Below are positions 20,170 through 29,637 of a stretch of DNA of 64,000 nucleotides, in pieces. Every line of letters starts with the position of its first letter. Positions within the stretch are counted from its first letter, which is position 1. Below the pieces are notes generated by a model that saw only the letters and a program-made list of their open reading frames with translations, did not search any database and was not told where the DNA came from. This DNA comes from Alcaligenaceae bacterium (GTDB lineage Bacteria > Pseudomonadota > Gammaproteobacteria > Burkholderiales > Burkholderiaceae_B): contig JABMMM010000174.1 in the NCBI GenBank assembly GCA_013205565.1, positions 2,290 through 66,289 of the forward strand, read 5' to 3'. Made by a program: the position numbers and the translations under genes.

Positions 20170-20430
20170 ATGAATGTAAAGAAACGTTGGGTGGCTTACT
20201 GCTCGGGCAATACCCGCGATGCGACTGAAGACGATTGGAACAATTTTGTCTTAAAGACCTATTTGAACTGGCGCAAGCAGGCGCTCGACCTTGATACGAA
20301 CACAGCCACAGAAGCAGGAAAAACGCTGACTGAATATGCACAGGCTCACTACAGTTTTACGAAGTTCACTGAGGGCGCAGAGATTTATCAAGAGCTTGTA
20401 GACCTTGAAGAGAAACGTCATCACGCATGA
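20170..20430 (+). CDS. Hypothetical 86-aa soluble protein
   Basis: Fills the intergenic space with no overlap of real genes; natural composition; GGGG purine tract before ATG; candidate promoter upstream. Confidence 0.65.
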   Translation: MNVKKRWVAYCSGNTRDATEDDWNNFVLKTYLNWRKQALDLDTNTATEAGKTLTEYAQAHYSFTKFTEGAEIYQELVDLEEKRHHA

Positions 20431-20465
20431 GGCGCGCGTCGTCCACCGGCCGTGCTGATCACGCG

Positions 20466-20499
20466 TTGTCATGACCCTGTCACATGAAAGGATGAATAT
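20466..20499 (+). promoter_or_regulatory. Pho-box promoter of the GT28 gene
   Basis: TTGTCAT-GACC-CTGTCAC (20466-20483, near consensus), 10 nt, GAATAT. Confidence 0.75.
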
Positions 20500-20507
20500 A
20501 CCTTTCA

Positions 20508-21659
20508 ATGGATAAAACTATTGACTTCATTTACTTCAATGCGGGCGGCGGTCATCGCGCGACGGCGCTGGCGCTGCAGCAGGCCATTGAATTTGAGCGG
20601 CGCCCCTGGAACGTGCGCTTGGTGAATCTGTTTGAAGTGTTAGACCCGAAGGCGAGCTTTAACAAAGTGATGCGCTGCGCGCCAGAAGACCTGTACAACT
20701 TTAGATTGCGCCATGGCCTCACACTCGGGCTCTCGACAGAGCTCAAACTGTTTCAGGCGATGATTAAAATGGGGCATAACGCCATGGTTCGCAAGCTTGA
20801 GCAGCACTGGCTGGATACTAAGCCCGATCATGTCGTTTCATTAGTACCAAATTTCAACAAAGCGTTATACGAAAGCGTGACAAACGCCTTGCCGATGGCA
20901 CCCTTTGTCACGGTCTTAACCGACATGGCGGATTATCCGCCGCATTTTTGGATCGAACCCAATCAGGCACAGCACCTCGTTTGTGGCACCGCGCACGCCG
21001 CAGAACAAGCGCGCGCTGCGGGTTATCGAGATGAGCAGATTTCGCTGACGTCGGGGATGATCTTACGGCCTGCCTTCTACGATCAGCCTGAGCTTGATCG
21101 TGAGACAGAGTGTCTCGAGCTCGGACTAGACCCCGACAAGCCAACAGGGATTGTGATGTTTGGTGGCCATGGCTCGAGCGATATGCTTCGCATCGCGAAG
21201 GCGTTACCTGACATTCAACTCATTTTTATTTGCGGCATGAATGCGACGCTGAGCAAAAAAATCTCTTTACTCAAACCAAGCTGCAGACATGTCGTGATCG
21301 GCTTCACACAGAAAATCAATCACTACATGCGCTTAGGCGATTTTTTTATTGGTAAGCCCGGGCCGAGCAGCTTAAGTGAGGCCGTCCATATGGGCTTACC
21401 CGTTATCACGTTTGGCAACGCCTGGACGATGCCCCAAGAGCGTTACAACACCAACTGGGTGCGCGAGCAAGGCGTAGGCCTTGTGATCCCCTCTTTGCGC
21501 GCCATTCGAAAGGGCGTGTTAGCGCTCTTGGAGAACCTTCCCGCATATAAAGACACCGTCTCAACCATCGAAAATCGAGCGGTGTTTGAAGTGACCGATA
21601 TTCTTGCGCAATTGATGTCGGCCGCAGATACAGAACGAGCAACAGTCGAATTGCCCTAA
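20508..21659 (+). CDS. GT28 diacylglycerol glycosyltransferase (MGDG synthase/UgtP-like)
   Basis: NAGGGH, TVLTD, GKPGPSSLSEA, PQERYN motifs. Confidence 0.85.
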   Translation: MDKTIDFIYFNAGGGHRATALALQQAIEFERRPWNVRLVNLFEVLDPKASFNKVMRCAPEDLYNFRLRHGLTLGLSTELKLFQAMIKMGHNAMVRKLEQHWLDTKPDHVVSLVPNFNKALYESVTNALPMAPFVTVLTDMADYPPHFWIEPNQAQHLVCGTAHAAEQARAAGYRDEQISLTSGMILRPAFYDQPELDRETECLELGLDPDKPTGIVMFGGHGSSDMLRIAKALPDIQLIFICGMNATLSKKISLLKPSCRHVVIGFTQKINHYMRLGDFFIGKPGPSSLSEAVHMGLPVITFGNAWTMPQERYNTNWVREQGVGLVIPSLRAIRKGVLALLENLPAYKDTVSTIENRAVFEVTDILAQLMSAADTERATVELP

Positions 21660-22471
21660 GCTGGTACGATCAGATCCTCTTGTTCGTCGAGCGTCTCGCT
21701 GGTTCGATACGGCCAGTGTACAACTTTCAAAACGCCCTCTGACGTCTCAACAATCGCAGAAAGGCTCTCGACCCAGTCACCATCGTTACAGTACAAAATA
21801 CCATCGATATCGCGAATCTCGGCTTTATGGATATGACCACACAAAACACCATCGTAGCCGCGACGCCTTGCCTCGTCAGTGACAATATTCTCGAATTGAG
21901 TAATAAACGAGACTGCGTTTTTAACCTTGTGCTTGAGGTACTGTGACAATGACCAATACGACAAACCCATTTTGTGCCGAAAGTGATTGAACCAGTTGTT
22001 CAGCTTGAGTATTAGCGTGTACATACTGTCGCCTAAATAGGCAAGCCACTTTGCATGCTGGATGATTCCATCAAACAAATCGCCGTGAGTGACCCAAATC
22101 CGTCGACCGTCTAAAAGTTGGTGAGTCGTTTCGTCAACAATCTTTATGTCACCAAACGCCATTCCCAAGAACTGCCTGATGACCTCGTCGTGATTGCCGG
22201 CAATATAGGTCACGTGCGTACCCTTGCGCGCTTTGCGAAGGATCTTCTGAATCACATCGTTATGACTTTGGCGCCAGTACCAACCCTTCTTGAGTTGCCA
22301 ACCATCGATAATGTCGCCCACCAGATACAAATGATCAGAGTCATTCCATTTTAAAAAATCTAATAGGTATTCGGCTTTGCAACCCGGCGTACCAAGGTGA
22401 ATGTCCGAAATCCATATCGCCCGATGACGCTGTGGCCGTTGCTCTGGAACATCATATTCAGCTGGTTTCAT
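21656..22471 (-). CDS. plcP: PlcP-type intracellular phospholipase C (LpxH-like metallophosphoesterase)
   Basis: ISDIHLG, VGDIIDGW, HNDVIQKILRKARKG, GNHD, HGD, CGHIH, NDGDWVES, matching recalled PlcP/SMc00171-type sequences; Pho boxes upstream. Confidence 0.8.
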   Translation of the reverse strand: MKPAEYDVPEQRPQRHRAIWISDIHLGTPGCKAEYLLDFLKWNDSDHLYLVGDIIDGWQLKKGWYWRQSHNDVIQKILRKARKGTHVTYIAGNHDEVIRQFLGMAFGDIKIVDETTHQLLDGRRIWVTHGDLFDGIIQHAKWLAYLGDSMYTLILKLNNWFNHFRHKMGLSYWSLSQYLKHKVKNAVSFITQFENIVTDEARRRGYDGVLCGHIHKAEIRDIDGILYCNDGDWVESLSAIVETSEGVLKVVHWPYRTSETLDEQEDLIVPA

Positions 22472-22479
22472 GGATAGTT

Positions 22480-22535
22480 ATGATGCTCTAGTGGTTTGAC
22501 AATTTGATGGCTGCCGAGTGACAAGACTGTGACAA
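22480..22535 (-). promoter_or_regulatory. Four-repeat Pho box array upstream of plcP
   Basis: TTGTCAC-AGTC-TTGTCAC-TCGG-CAGCCAT-CAAA-TTGTCAA (22535-22496, 11-bp period), 10 nt, CATCAT. Confidence 0.8.
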
Positions 22536-22566
22536 GCAAATCGCGGCTCGGAAGCAATCTGTCGTT

Positions 22567-23322
22567 TCACGCGCCGCCCAGCAGCGGCCATTGCTCAAGC
22601 AGCACAAAATCGGCACCACGCGTAGGTTCAACAAAAATTGCCAAGGACTCGACTACGCAGGGCGGCAATTGCTCAAAATGTTGATGCGCGGCTTCAGTCA
22701 AGGCACTTAGCTCGTGCGGCGAGGCTGTTGCCAGCGAACCCGTCAGTGAGCAATGAAATCGAAAGCGATCAAGAACATAGGGGTAGCCCCAACGTACCAA
22801 CAGTGAGTCTTCGTGCGAGGACAAGCCCGCACTTCTGCGTCTGCGCAGCTCGTCTGGCCCAAGAGGCGCGGCATAGTCGTTTAGCTCTTTCACACATTGC
22901 TCTTCGAGCAGCGTCAACTGCACCGCGTCACGCTCTGGCACCAGAGCTAGAAAATGATCTAAGAGCTTGACCTGCAGACGTGGCAAGACAAAGGGCTTTA
23001 AGTTTTGACACAAGCGACTGACGCAGTCACTCAGATCCCTCGGCTGATACTGGCTGGCCAACACAAAAGGAGCCCTCAAGGTGGCATGAAAACCATAGCG
23101 TCTTGGGTGTTCTGTTAGCTCCGCGAACCTCTGTGCAGAAACCCCAGACACCGAAGGCTGAGGGTTCAATTGCTGACTGAGCGCGCACCGCCCCAACCAG
23201 AGACTACCTTGCGCCCACCACTGCTGTTCGACATTGGGTGCAAAGTAAACAGCGTAACGGTGAGCCCGTTGCGCCGTGTACCTTGACGCCTCTAGCGCCG
23301 CCCTCAAATCACTGATTGTCAT
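22567..23322 (-). CDS. DUF1045 phn-associated protein (2H-phosphoesterase-like)
   Basis: RYAVYFAP, PRRYGFHATL, YPYV...RFHCSLTG; divergent from phnG. Confidence 0.85.
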   Translation of the reverse strand: MTISDLRAALEASRYTAQRAHRYAVYFAPNVEQQWWAQGSLWLGRCALSQQLNPQPSVSGVSAQRFAELTEHPRRYGFHATLRAPFVLASQYQPRDLSDCVSRLCQNLKPFVLPRLQVKLLDHFLALVPERDAVQLTLLEEQCVKELNDYAAPLGPDELRRRRSAGLSSHEDSLLVRWGYPYVLDRFRFHCSLTGSLATASPHELSALTEAAHQHFEQLPPCVVESLAIFVEPTRGADFVLLEQWPLLGGA

Positions 23323-23371
23323 AAAACGTTAATGTCTTCGTCATCAAAACACAATATTGACCGCCTAAACT
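23316..23371 (+). promoter_or_regulatory. Pho box array and -10 of the phnG-M operon
   Basis: TTGTCAT-AAAA-CGTTAAT-GTCT-TCGTCAT-CAAA-ACACAAT (23316-23355), 10 nt, TAAACT. Confidence 0.75.
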
Positions 23372-23434
23372 TGGCTATTACCTCGTATAAACAGCTCTCG
23401 CGATGCGACTCTGTGCTAAGAAAGTAACAAGTGA

Positions 23435-23944
23435 ATGTTGCAACCATCTGACAGTCGGCTTTCTACAACAAACACCGCACGAGCACAGTGGCTTGCTTTG
23501 CTGGCACGCGCGCCACTAGCGCTGCTCGAAGATGCTCTGCAGGAACATGTTCAGGCAACTCCGCATTGGTTACGCAAACCTGAAACTGGGCTCATGATGG
23601 TCGAAGCCCGTGCAGGTGGTAGTGGCGAGCGCTTTAATCTAGGCGAAATGACCGTGACACGCTGTGCCTTACGCCTATCGAATGCCCCGACACACCGTCA
23701 CGTAGGGATCTCCTACATTGTCGGCCGTTCGCATCGCCATGCTTACTTGGCTGCCGTCGCAGACGCCTTGTTACTAGACGACTCTGAGCACGCGGCGCTT
23801 GAACAAGCTCTGCTCACCCCTGTGAGGCAGTTACTGGCTGCAAATAAAAAAATTCGCCAGGCGCAGGCTGATACCAGCAAGGTCGATTTTTTTACGGTCG
23901 CACGTGAAAGTGGCTCGGATTCAACCGATGAGGAGCAGTCGTGA
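23435..23944 (+). CDS. phnG: C-P lyase subunit PhnG
   Basis: PETGLMMV...GGSGERFNLGEMTVTRC, SKVDFFT. Confidence 0.95.
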   Translation: MLQPSDSRLSTTNTARAQWLALLARAPLALLEDALQEHVQATPHWLRKPETGLMMVEARAGGSGERFNLGEMTVTRCALRLSNAPTHRHVGISYIVGRSHRHAYLAAVADALLLDDSEHAALEQALLTPVRQLLAANKKIRQAQADTSKVDFFTVARESGSDSTDEEQS

Positions 23945-24573
23945 CTACCATTGAACTCTCTGAGCTTGCTGCGGGCTTTAGCGACATTTCACTGGGCAGC
24001 CAAAGCGTCTTCAGAGCAGCTCTAGAGGCTCTGTCTTACCCGGGACGTCCTGTCCTGCTTGAAGTGACGTTTGAAGCGCCCAAGGCTGCACACGCCAGTT
24101 CAAGTGGCTTGCTACTCGCGCTACTAGAGCCTGGCTCGCTGCTTTGGCTTTCACCTAGTCTCGCAGACACCGACGCTGCGACCTGGATTGTGTTTCACAC
24201 GGATTGCAAACTCACACCACATCCGCACGAGGCAGACTTCGCGTGGATCAAACACTGGGATGAACTCCCCGCGTTAGAGTGTTTCGCTTTAGGAACAGAC
24301 GAATATCCAGACCACTCCACAACCTGTGTCATCGATATCGCGGCCCCGAGCACCCAGACAGTCACAGCGCCTTCGCTCACGTTGACGGGCCCCGGCATTG
24401 CGGTGACCTCAACCATTGAGCAGTTGTCGGCCACACCACTTCAAGTGGAAGGCTTCGTTGAGCAATGGGCAAACAATCAAGCTAGCTTTCCGAGGGGAGT
24501 TGACGTCTTTTTTACGACGAGCACGGGTCTGATCGGCCTGCCAAGAACAACCCGTATTCAAGTTTCAGGTTAG
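23941..24573 (+). CDS. phnH: C-P lyase subunit PhnH
   Basis: SQSVFR..L.ALSYPG, GTDEYPD.STT, LTGPGI, FPRGVD, GLPRTT. Confidence 0.95.
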   Translation: MTTIELSELAAGFSDISLGSQSVFRAALEALSYPGRPVLLEVTFEAPKAAHASSSGLLLALLEPGSLLWLSPSLADTDAATWIVFHTDCKLTPHPHEADFAWIKHWDELPALECFALGTDEYPDHSTTCVIDIAAPSTQTVTAPSLTLTGPGIAVTSTIEQLSATPLQVEGFVEQWANNQASFPRGVDVFFTTSTGLIGLPRTTRIQVSG

Positions 24574-24581
24574 GGCATCTT

Positions 24582-25715
24582 ATGTATGTAGCCGTTAAAG
24601 GTGGAGAACAAGCCATCTTGAGTAGTTACCAACTACTCGATCAACAACGTCGTGGCGACCTAAGCGTTCCAGAGTTATCGATCGCACAAATTCGTCAACA
24701 GATGAAACTCGCGGTCGATCGGGTGATGACGGAAGGCTCGGTCTTTGATCCAGAGCTTGCAGCGCTTGCCATCAAACAAGCTTGTGGCGATCTGGTTGAG
24801 GCCATTTTTCTTTTACGCGCCTACCGGGCGACTTTACCCAGACTTGGTTCTACACAACCGCTTGATACAAGCAAGATGGTGCTAGATCGTCGGATCTCTG
24901 CCACGTTTAAGGATTTGCCTGGCGGGCAAGTGCTTGGACCAACCTACGACTATACCCAGCGACTGTTAGATTTCTCGTTGCTGGCAACCAGTGAGCCGGC
25001 CAATCTCAACCCAAGCCACGATGATCATAACAATCGCGCCCAGCTTGAAGATGCGCATTTGTCCCCCCGCGTGATTGATCTGTTAAACCGCGAAGGATTA
25101 ATCGAAACCCATCCGGCCAAGCAAAATGATCCAACGCCTTTCGACCTGACACGCCAGCCCGTGCGCTTCCCGGCTGATCGCAGTACCCGTCTGCAAAATC
25201 TTGCACGTGGTGACGAAGGCTTTTTACTTGCGATGGCCTATTCCACACAACGTGGCTATGCCAACAGCCATCCCTTCGTTGGTGAAATTCGTTTGGGTTC
25301 AGTAGAAATCGAGTTGATACCAGAAGAGCTGGGCTTTGCCATTTCAATCGGCGATATTGAAATCACAGAATGTCAGATGATCAATCAGTTTGCAGGTAGC
25401 AAAACCGAGCCACCTCAGTTCACGCGCGGCTATGGCTTAGCGTTTGGTCATAGCGAGCGTAAGGTAATGGCGATGAGTTTAGTGGATCGCGCTTTGCGTG
25501 CGTCTGAGTTAGGCGAATTGGTGCAATCACCCGCGCAGATGCCCGAGTTCGTCCTTTCGCACAGCGATAGCCTTGAAGCCTCTGGCTTTGTGCAACATCT
25601 TAAGCTGCCTCACTACGTTGACTTTCAATCAGAGCTTGAGCTCGTTAGAAAGATGCGTGCCTCACCCATCCAAACGTCGACCTTGACTGAGGATGTTGGA
25701 GATGAACATGCTTAA
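24582..25715 (+). CDS. phnI: C-P lyase subunit PhnI
   Basis: MYVAVKGGE, RRISATFKDLPGGQ, GFVQHLKLPHYVDFQ. Confidence 0.97.
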   Translation: MYVAVKGGEQAILSSYQLLDQQRRGDLSVPELSIAQIRQQMKLAVDRVMTEGSVFDPELAALAIKQACGDLVEAIFLLRAYRATLPRLGSTQPLDTSKMVLDRRISATFKDLPGGQVLGPTYDYTQRLLDFSLLATSEPANLNPSHDDHNNRAQLEDAHLSPRVIDLLNREGLIETHPAKQNDPTPFDLTRQPVRFPADRSTRLQNLARGDEGFLLAMAYSTQRGYANSHPFVGEIRLGSVEIELIPEELGFAISIGDIEITECQMINQFAGSKTEPPQFTRGYGLAFGHSERKVMAMSLVDRALRASELGELVQSPAQMPEFVLSHSDSLEASGFVQHLKLPHYVDFQSELELVRKMRASPIQTSTLTEDVGDEHA

Positions 25716-26652
25716 AGAGAATGCAACCCGCGCAGCAGCGGGCGCGGCAGTCGCCTCTCACGAAAATCAAGCTGTTGATCAGCATTTTAATTTTGCGTAT
25801 CTCGACGAACGTACCAAGCGCATGATCCGTCGGGCAATTTTAAAAGCCGTTGCCATCCCAGGCTATCAAGTGCCCTTTGGTTCTCGGGAGATGCCTTTGC
25901 CCTATGGCTGGGGCACAGGCGGTATCCAAGTCACAGCCTCGGTGATTGGACCTCACGATGTGCTTAAAGTGATCGATCAAGGCTCCGACGATACCGTCAA
26001 TGCAGTCAATATTCGTCGCTTTTTTCAACGCACGACGAACGTTGAGATTACGACGCAAACGCAAGCCGCTACCCTCATTCAGACGCGTCATCGCATTCCT
26101 GAAATGGCGCTCACAGAAGATCAGATCATCATTTATCAAGTGCCGGTACCCGAACCGATGCAGCGCCTTGAGCCACGCGAACGCGAAACGCGCAGTCTGC
26201 ATGGCTTAGCCGAGTATGGCCTGATGCACGTCAAACTTTATGAAGATATCGCCCGCTATGGTCATATCGCAACGACCTACGACTATCCCGTGCTCGTCAA
26301 TTATCGTTATGTGATGGCACCCTCGCCGATTCCAAAATTTGACAATCCAAAGATGCACATGAATCCCGCGCTCCAACTGTTTGGCGCGGGTCGCGAAAAG
26401 CGTATTTATGCAGTACCTCCGTACACCGCCGTTGAAAGTCTTGGGTTTGAAGACTATCCCTTTGAAATCCAGCGCTGGGACGCCCCCTGTGAACTGTGCG
26501 GCTCAAAAGATAGCTTTCTGGATGAAGTGATTACCGATGATCAAGGTGGCCGGATTTTCGTCTGCTCTGACTCTGATTACTGTGAGACTCAGCAAAACAA
26601 AGTCGAGCAAACGACAGTGACCGCGGCGCAGCCGGTGTTGAAGGATGTTTAA
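25708..26652 (+). CDS. phnJ: C-P lyase radical-SAM subunit PhnJ
   Basis: KAVAIPGYQVPF.SREMP, GWGTGG, C-X2-C...FVCSDSDYC; start placed at 25708, overlapping the phnI stop. Confidence 0.97.
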   Translation: MLKENATRAAAGAAVASHENQAVDQHFNFAYLDERTKRMIRRAILKAVAIPGYQVPFGSREMPLPYGWGTGGIQVTASVIGPHDVLKVIDQGSDDTVNAVNIRRFFQRTTNVEITTQTQAATLIQTRHRIPEMALTEDQIIIYQVPVPEPMQRLEPRERETRSLHGLAEYGLMHVKLYEDIARYGHIATTYDYPVLVNYRYVMAPSPIPKFDNPKMHMNPALQLFGAGREKRIYAVPPYTAVESLGFEDYPFEIQRWDAPCELCGSKDSFLDEVITDDQGGRIFVCSDSDYCETQQNKVEQTTVTAAQPVLKDV

Positions 26653-27442
26653 TTCAATGCCTGTCGACAAACAGTCACCCATCTTACGTGCAACCGGTCT
26701 GAACAAAAGCTACGGCGACCGAGCCGCGCTAATTGACGCAAGCTTTGAGCTTTGGCCGGGCGAAGTTCTTGCCATTGTGGGTGAGTCCGGCTCAGGTAAA
26801 ACCACACTGCTCAATGCACTGGCAGCGCGTGACCAACCCGACTCAGGTTCGGTCGAGTTTCAGTTAAAAGACGGTGCACTCACTGACATCTTCAAGATGA
26901 CTGAGGCACAGCGACGTCTGCTCGCACGCACCGACTGGGGGTTCGTACATCAAAATTCAGCAGACGGCCTAAGAATGGAAGTGTCGGCCGGTGCCAATGT
27001 GGGAGAGCGCTTGATGGCCTTGGGCCAGCGTCATTACGGAAAGCTGCGCGCCACCGCCTGCGACTGGCTTGTGCGCGTTGAAATTGACCCTGCCAGAATC
27101 GATGACTTACCTCGGCATTTTTCAGGTGGTATGCGCCAACGCCTACAGATTGCCCGCAACTTAGTCACTCAGCCCAGACTGGTCTTTATGGATGAGCCGA
27201 CCTCAGGGCTAGACGTCTCAGTGCAAGCCAAATTACTCGATCTCTTGCGCCAGTTGACTCAGCACTTAGGGCTGGCCTCGGTCATTGTCACCCATGATCT
27301 TGCAGTGGCCCGTTTATTAGCCCATCGCATGATTGTGATGCGCCGTGGCCGCATCGTAGAAACAGGCCTGACAGATCAAGTGCTTGACGACCCACAACAT
27401 CCTTACACCCAACTTTTAGTGTCCTCGGTGCTGCAGCCATGA
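26645..27442 (+). CDS. phnK: C-P lyase ATPase PhnK
   Basis: GESGSGKTT, LARTDWGFVHQ, FSGGMRQR, DDPQHPYTQLLVSS. Confidence 0.96.
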   Translation: MFNSMPVDKQSPILRATGLNKSYGDRAALIDASFELWPGEVLAIVGESGSGKTTLLNALAARDQPDSGSVEFQLKDGALTDIFKMTEAQRRLLARTDWGFVHQNSADGLRMEVSAGANVGERLMALGQRHYGKLRATACDWLVRVEIDPARIDDLPRHFSGGMRQRLQIARNLVTQPRLVFMDEPTSGLDVSVQAKLLDLLRQLTQHLGLASVIVTHDLAVARLLAHRMIVMRRGRIVETGLTDQVLDDPQHPYTQLLVSSVLQP

Positions 27443-28164
27443 CCACGCCCGTTTTACGACTCACCAACGTGAGCAAGCAGTTCACTTTGCATCACCAGGG
27501 GATGACGTTACCCGTGTTGCAAAACGTCAGCTTTGAGGTCGCTGCGGGCGAATGCGTGGTGTTGGACGGCACGTCAGGAATGGGCAAGAGCACCTTACTC
27601 AAACTCATTTATTCAAACTATCGGGTAAGTGCGGGTTCGATCCACTACGCACAGGCAGGTCACGCCCCTCTTGAATTAACCACGGCGAGTCCGCGCGTGC
27701 TGATCGATGTCCGTCGCCACCATATTGGATACGTGAGTCAGTTTTTGCGCGTGATCCCAAGGATTTCAACACTTGATCTGGTAGCCGAGCCACTTTTGGC
27801 TGAACTTGGGCATGACGAGCACGCGCTTAAGCAGGCACGTGAACTTGCAGGCTTATGGCTCACGCGTCTACGCATTCCTGAGCGGCTGTGGAGCTTAGCA
27901 CCCGCAACGTTCTCGGGCGGTGAGCAGCAACGCGTCAATATCGCACGCAGCATGATCAAACCGCGCTCGTTACTCCTTCTGGATGAGCCCACTGCCTCAC
28001 TCGATGCCCTCAATACGCAAACAGTGGTGACACTCATCCAAGAAGCGATTGCAGCCGGTGCTGCTGCCGTCGGAATCTTTCACGACCAGGCGGTCGGTAA
28101 TCAACTTGCCACGCGCCGTCTCGACATGACCAATTTTCGGAGCATCACATGCGCGGCTCAGTAG
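27439..28164 (+). CDS. phnL: PhnL ATPase
   Basis: KQFTLH, GYVSQFLRVIPR, APATFSGGEQQR, GIFHD. Confidence 0.96.
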   Translation: MTTPVLRLTNVSKQFTLHHQGMTLPVLQNVSFEVAAGECVVLDGTSGMGKSTLLKLIYSNYRVSAGSIHYAQAGHAPLELTTASPRVLIDVRRHHIGYVSQFLRVIPRISTLDLVAEPLLAELGHDEHALKQARELAGLWLTRLRIPERLWSLAPATFSGGEQQRVNIARSMIKPRSLLLLDEPTASLDALNTQTVVTLIQEAIAAGAAAVGIFHDQAVGNQLATRRLDMTNFRSITCAAQ

Positions 28165-29306
28165 TCATTACTAACGCTCGATTGATTATGAATCACGAGG
28201 TTATCCACGGCTCAATCTCAGTGGTAAACGGTCGTATCGACTCAATCGATTCTGGCCTGAGCACAACCCCAGGTGCGATCGACTTTGAGGGCGACTTTCT
28301 AATGCCGGGCATGATTGAAATTCATACCGATAACTTTGAACGTCACTTGATGCCACGACCAAAGGTCATGTGGGCCGAAAAACCTGCGCTGATTGCGCAT
28401 GATGCCGAGATTGCCTGCGCGGGCATCACAACTGTGTTTGATGCACTCGGCGTAGGCGAGGCAGACACCGAAAGCGTTCGAGGTCAAACTTGGGGGCATG
28501 TACTCTCGGCTCTTGATCAATACACCAAAGACAAACTTCTGCGTGCCGATCACTATATTCATGTGCGCTGTGAACTACCGGCACCAAATACGATTGAACT
28601 TTTTAAACCTTTTGATGGCCACTCGCGTCTCGGCCTCATCTCGTTGATGGACCATACTCCGGGTCAACGCCAATGGGAGGACATTGAGCAAGCGCGCGTG
28701 TACTTTATCGGCAAAAAGGGCTGGAGCCAAGAAAAATTCGAAGACAAGGTCAGCCACGCGACCATGCTGCAAGATCAATTTAGTGCCCCGCACCGACAGT
28801 ATTTCGTTGACTATACAAAACGAACCGGTATCCATCTAGCCAGTCACGATGACACCACCGAGGCACACGTACAGCAGGCCTTTGCTGAAGGTGCCAGCAT
28901 GTCTGAATTCCCGACCACCATCGCCGCTGCGCGATGTGCAAAAAATTTAGGGTTGCTCACCGTGATGGGCGGCCCCAACGTGGTGCGTGGCGGTTCGCAC
29001 TCTGGCAATGTGTCTGCCACTGAATTGGCTAAGCAGGGTCTACTCGACGTGCTGTCCTCCGATTATGTGCCGGGTAGCTTGCTCAGCGCCGTAGCACGTT
29101 TAGTGCAAGAGGGTGTGATGACTTTGCCAGAGGCCGTTGCCACCGTCACACGCCATCCCGCACAAGCAACAGGGCTAAATGATCGCGGTGCGTTAGAAAT
29201 TGGCTTCAGAGCCGACCTCGTTCGCATGCGTCTGCACGAATCGGCAGGTCAACCCAGCCATGCTTTCGCACGCTCAGTGTGGCGCGAGGGTCGCCAGGTT
29301 GTTTGA
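28149..29306 (+). CDS. phnM: alpha-D-ribose 1-methylphosphonate 5-triphosphate diphosphatase
   Basis: PGMIEIHTDN, MDHTPGQRQ, ASHDD, EFPTT, GGSHSGN, LSSDY. Confidence 0.96.
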   Translation: MRGSVVITNARLIMNHEVIHGSISVVNGRIDSIDSGLSTTPGAIDFEGDFLMPGMIEIHTDNFERHLMPRPKVMWAEKPALIAHDAEIACAGITTVFDALGVGEADTESVRGQTWGHVLSALDQYTKDKLLRADHYIHVRCELPAPNTIELFKPFDGHSRLGLISLMDHTPGQRQWEDIEQARVYFIGKKGWSQEKFEDKVSHATMLQDQFSAPHRQYFVDYTKRTGIHLASHDDTTEAHVQQAFAEGASMSEFPTTIAAARCAKNLGLLTVMGGPNVVRGGSHSGNVSATELAKQGLLDVLSSDYVPGSLLSAVARLVQEGVMTLPEAVATVTRHPAQATGLNDRGALEIGFRADLVRMRLHESAGQPSHAFARSVWREGRQVV

Positions 29307-29336
29307 TTTTTTTCTATCGCCCACTTCTGATTTTAA

Positions 29337-29381
29337 TATTCACATAACTGTAAGCCGTTTGTCATGTCAGACGGCCATACT
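29337..29381 (+). promoter_or_regulatory. Pho-box promoter of the phnZ-ABC-PMH operon
   Basis: TATTCAC-ATAA-CTGTAAG-CCGT-TTGTCAT (29337-29365), 10 nt, CATACT. Confidence 0.7.
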
Positions 29382-29637
29382 AATCAGGAACGAAATACGG
29401 ATTTTCTTTAAGACTGCCGCGCGCCACATGACCACTCTGCACAAACGCCTTCACCCCAAAAACCAAGCACTGTGCGACCTTAATCTAAGTTCCAAAAAGA
29501 CGGTCCGATCGCGTCTCACATTCGTGTGTCATGTACAAGTGTTGAACATTGTTTTGAACAACTTTAGTGCCCTAGTGACCGGTCGCGATGTTCTGTCTGC
29601 GCGAATTCGCCGCGCGCTTGTTTAACAAAGGTTTGAA

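Noticed and set aside
29428-29625. 65-codon ORF as a protein-coding feature
   Set aside because: No SD and no family resemblance; mentioned only in the long-leader finding
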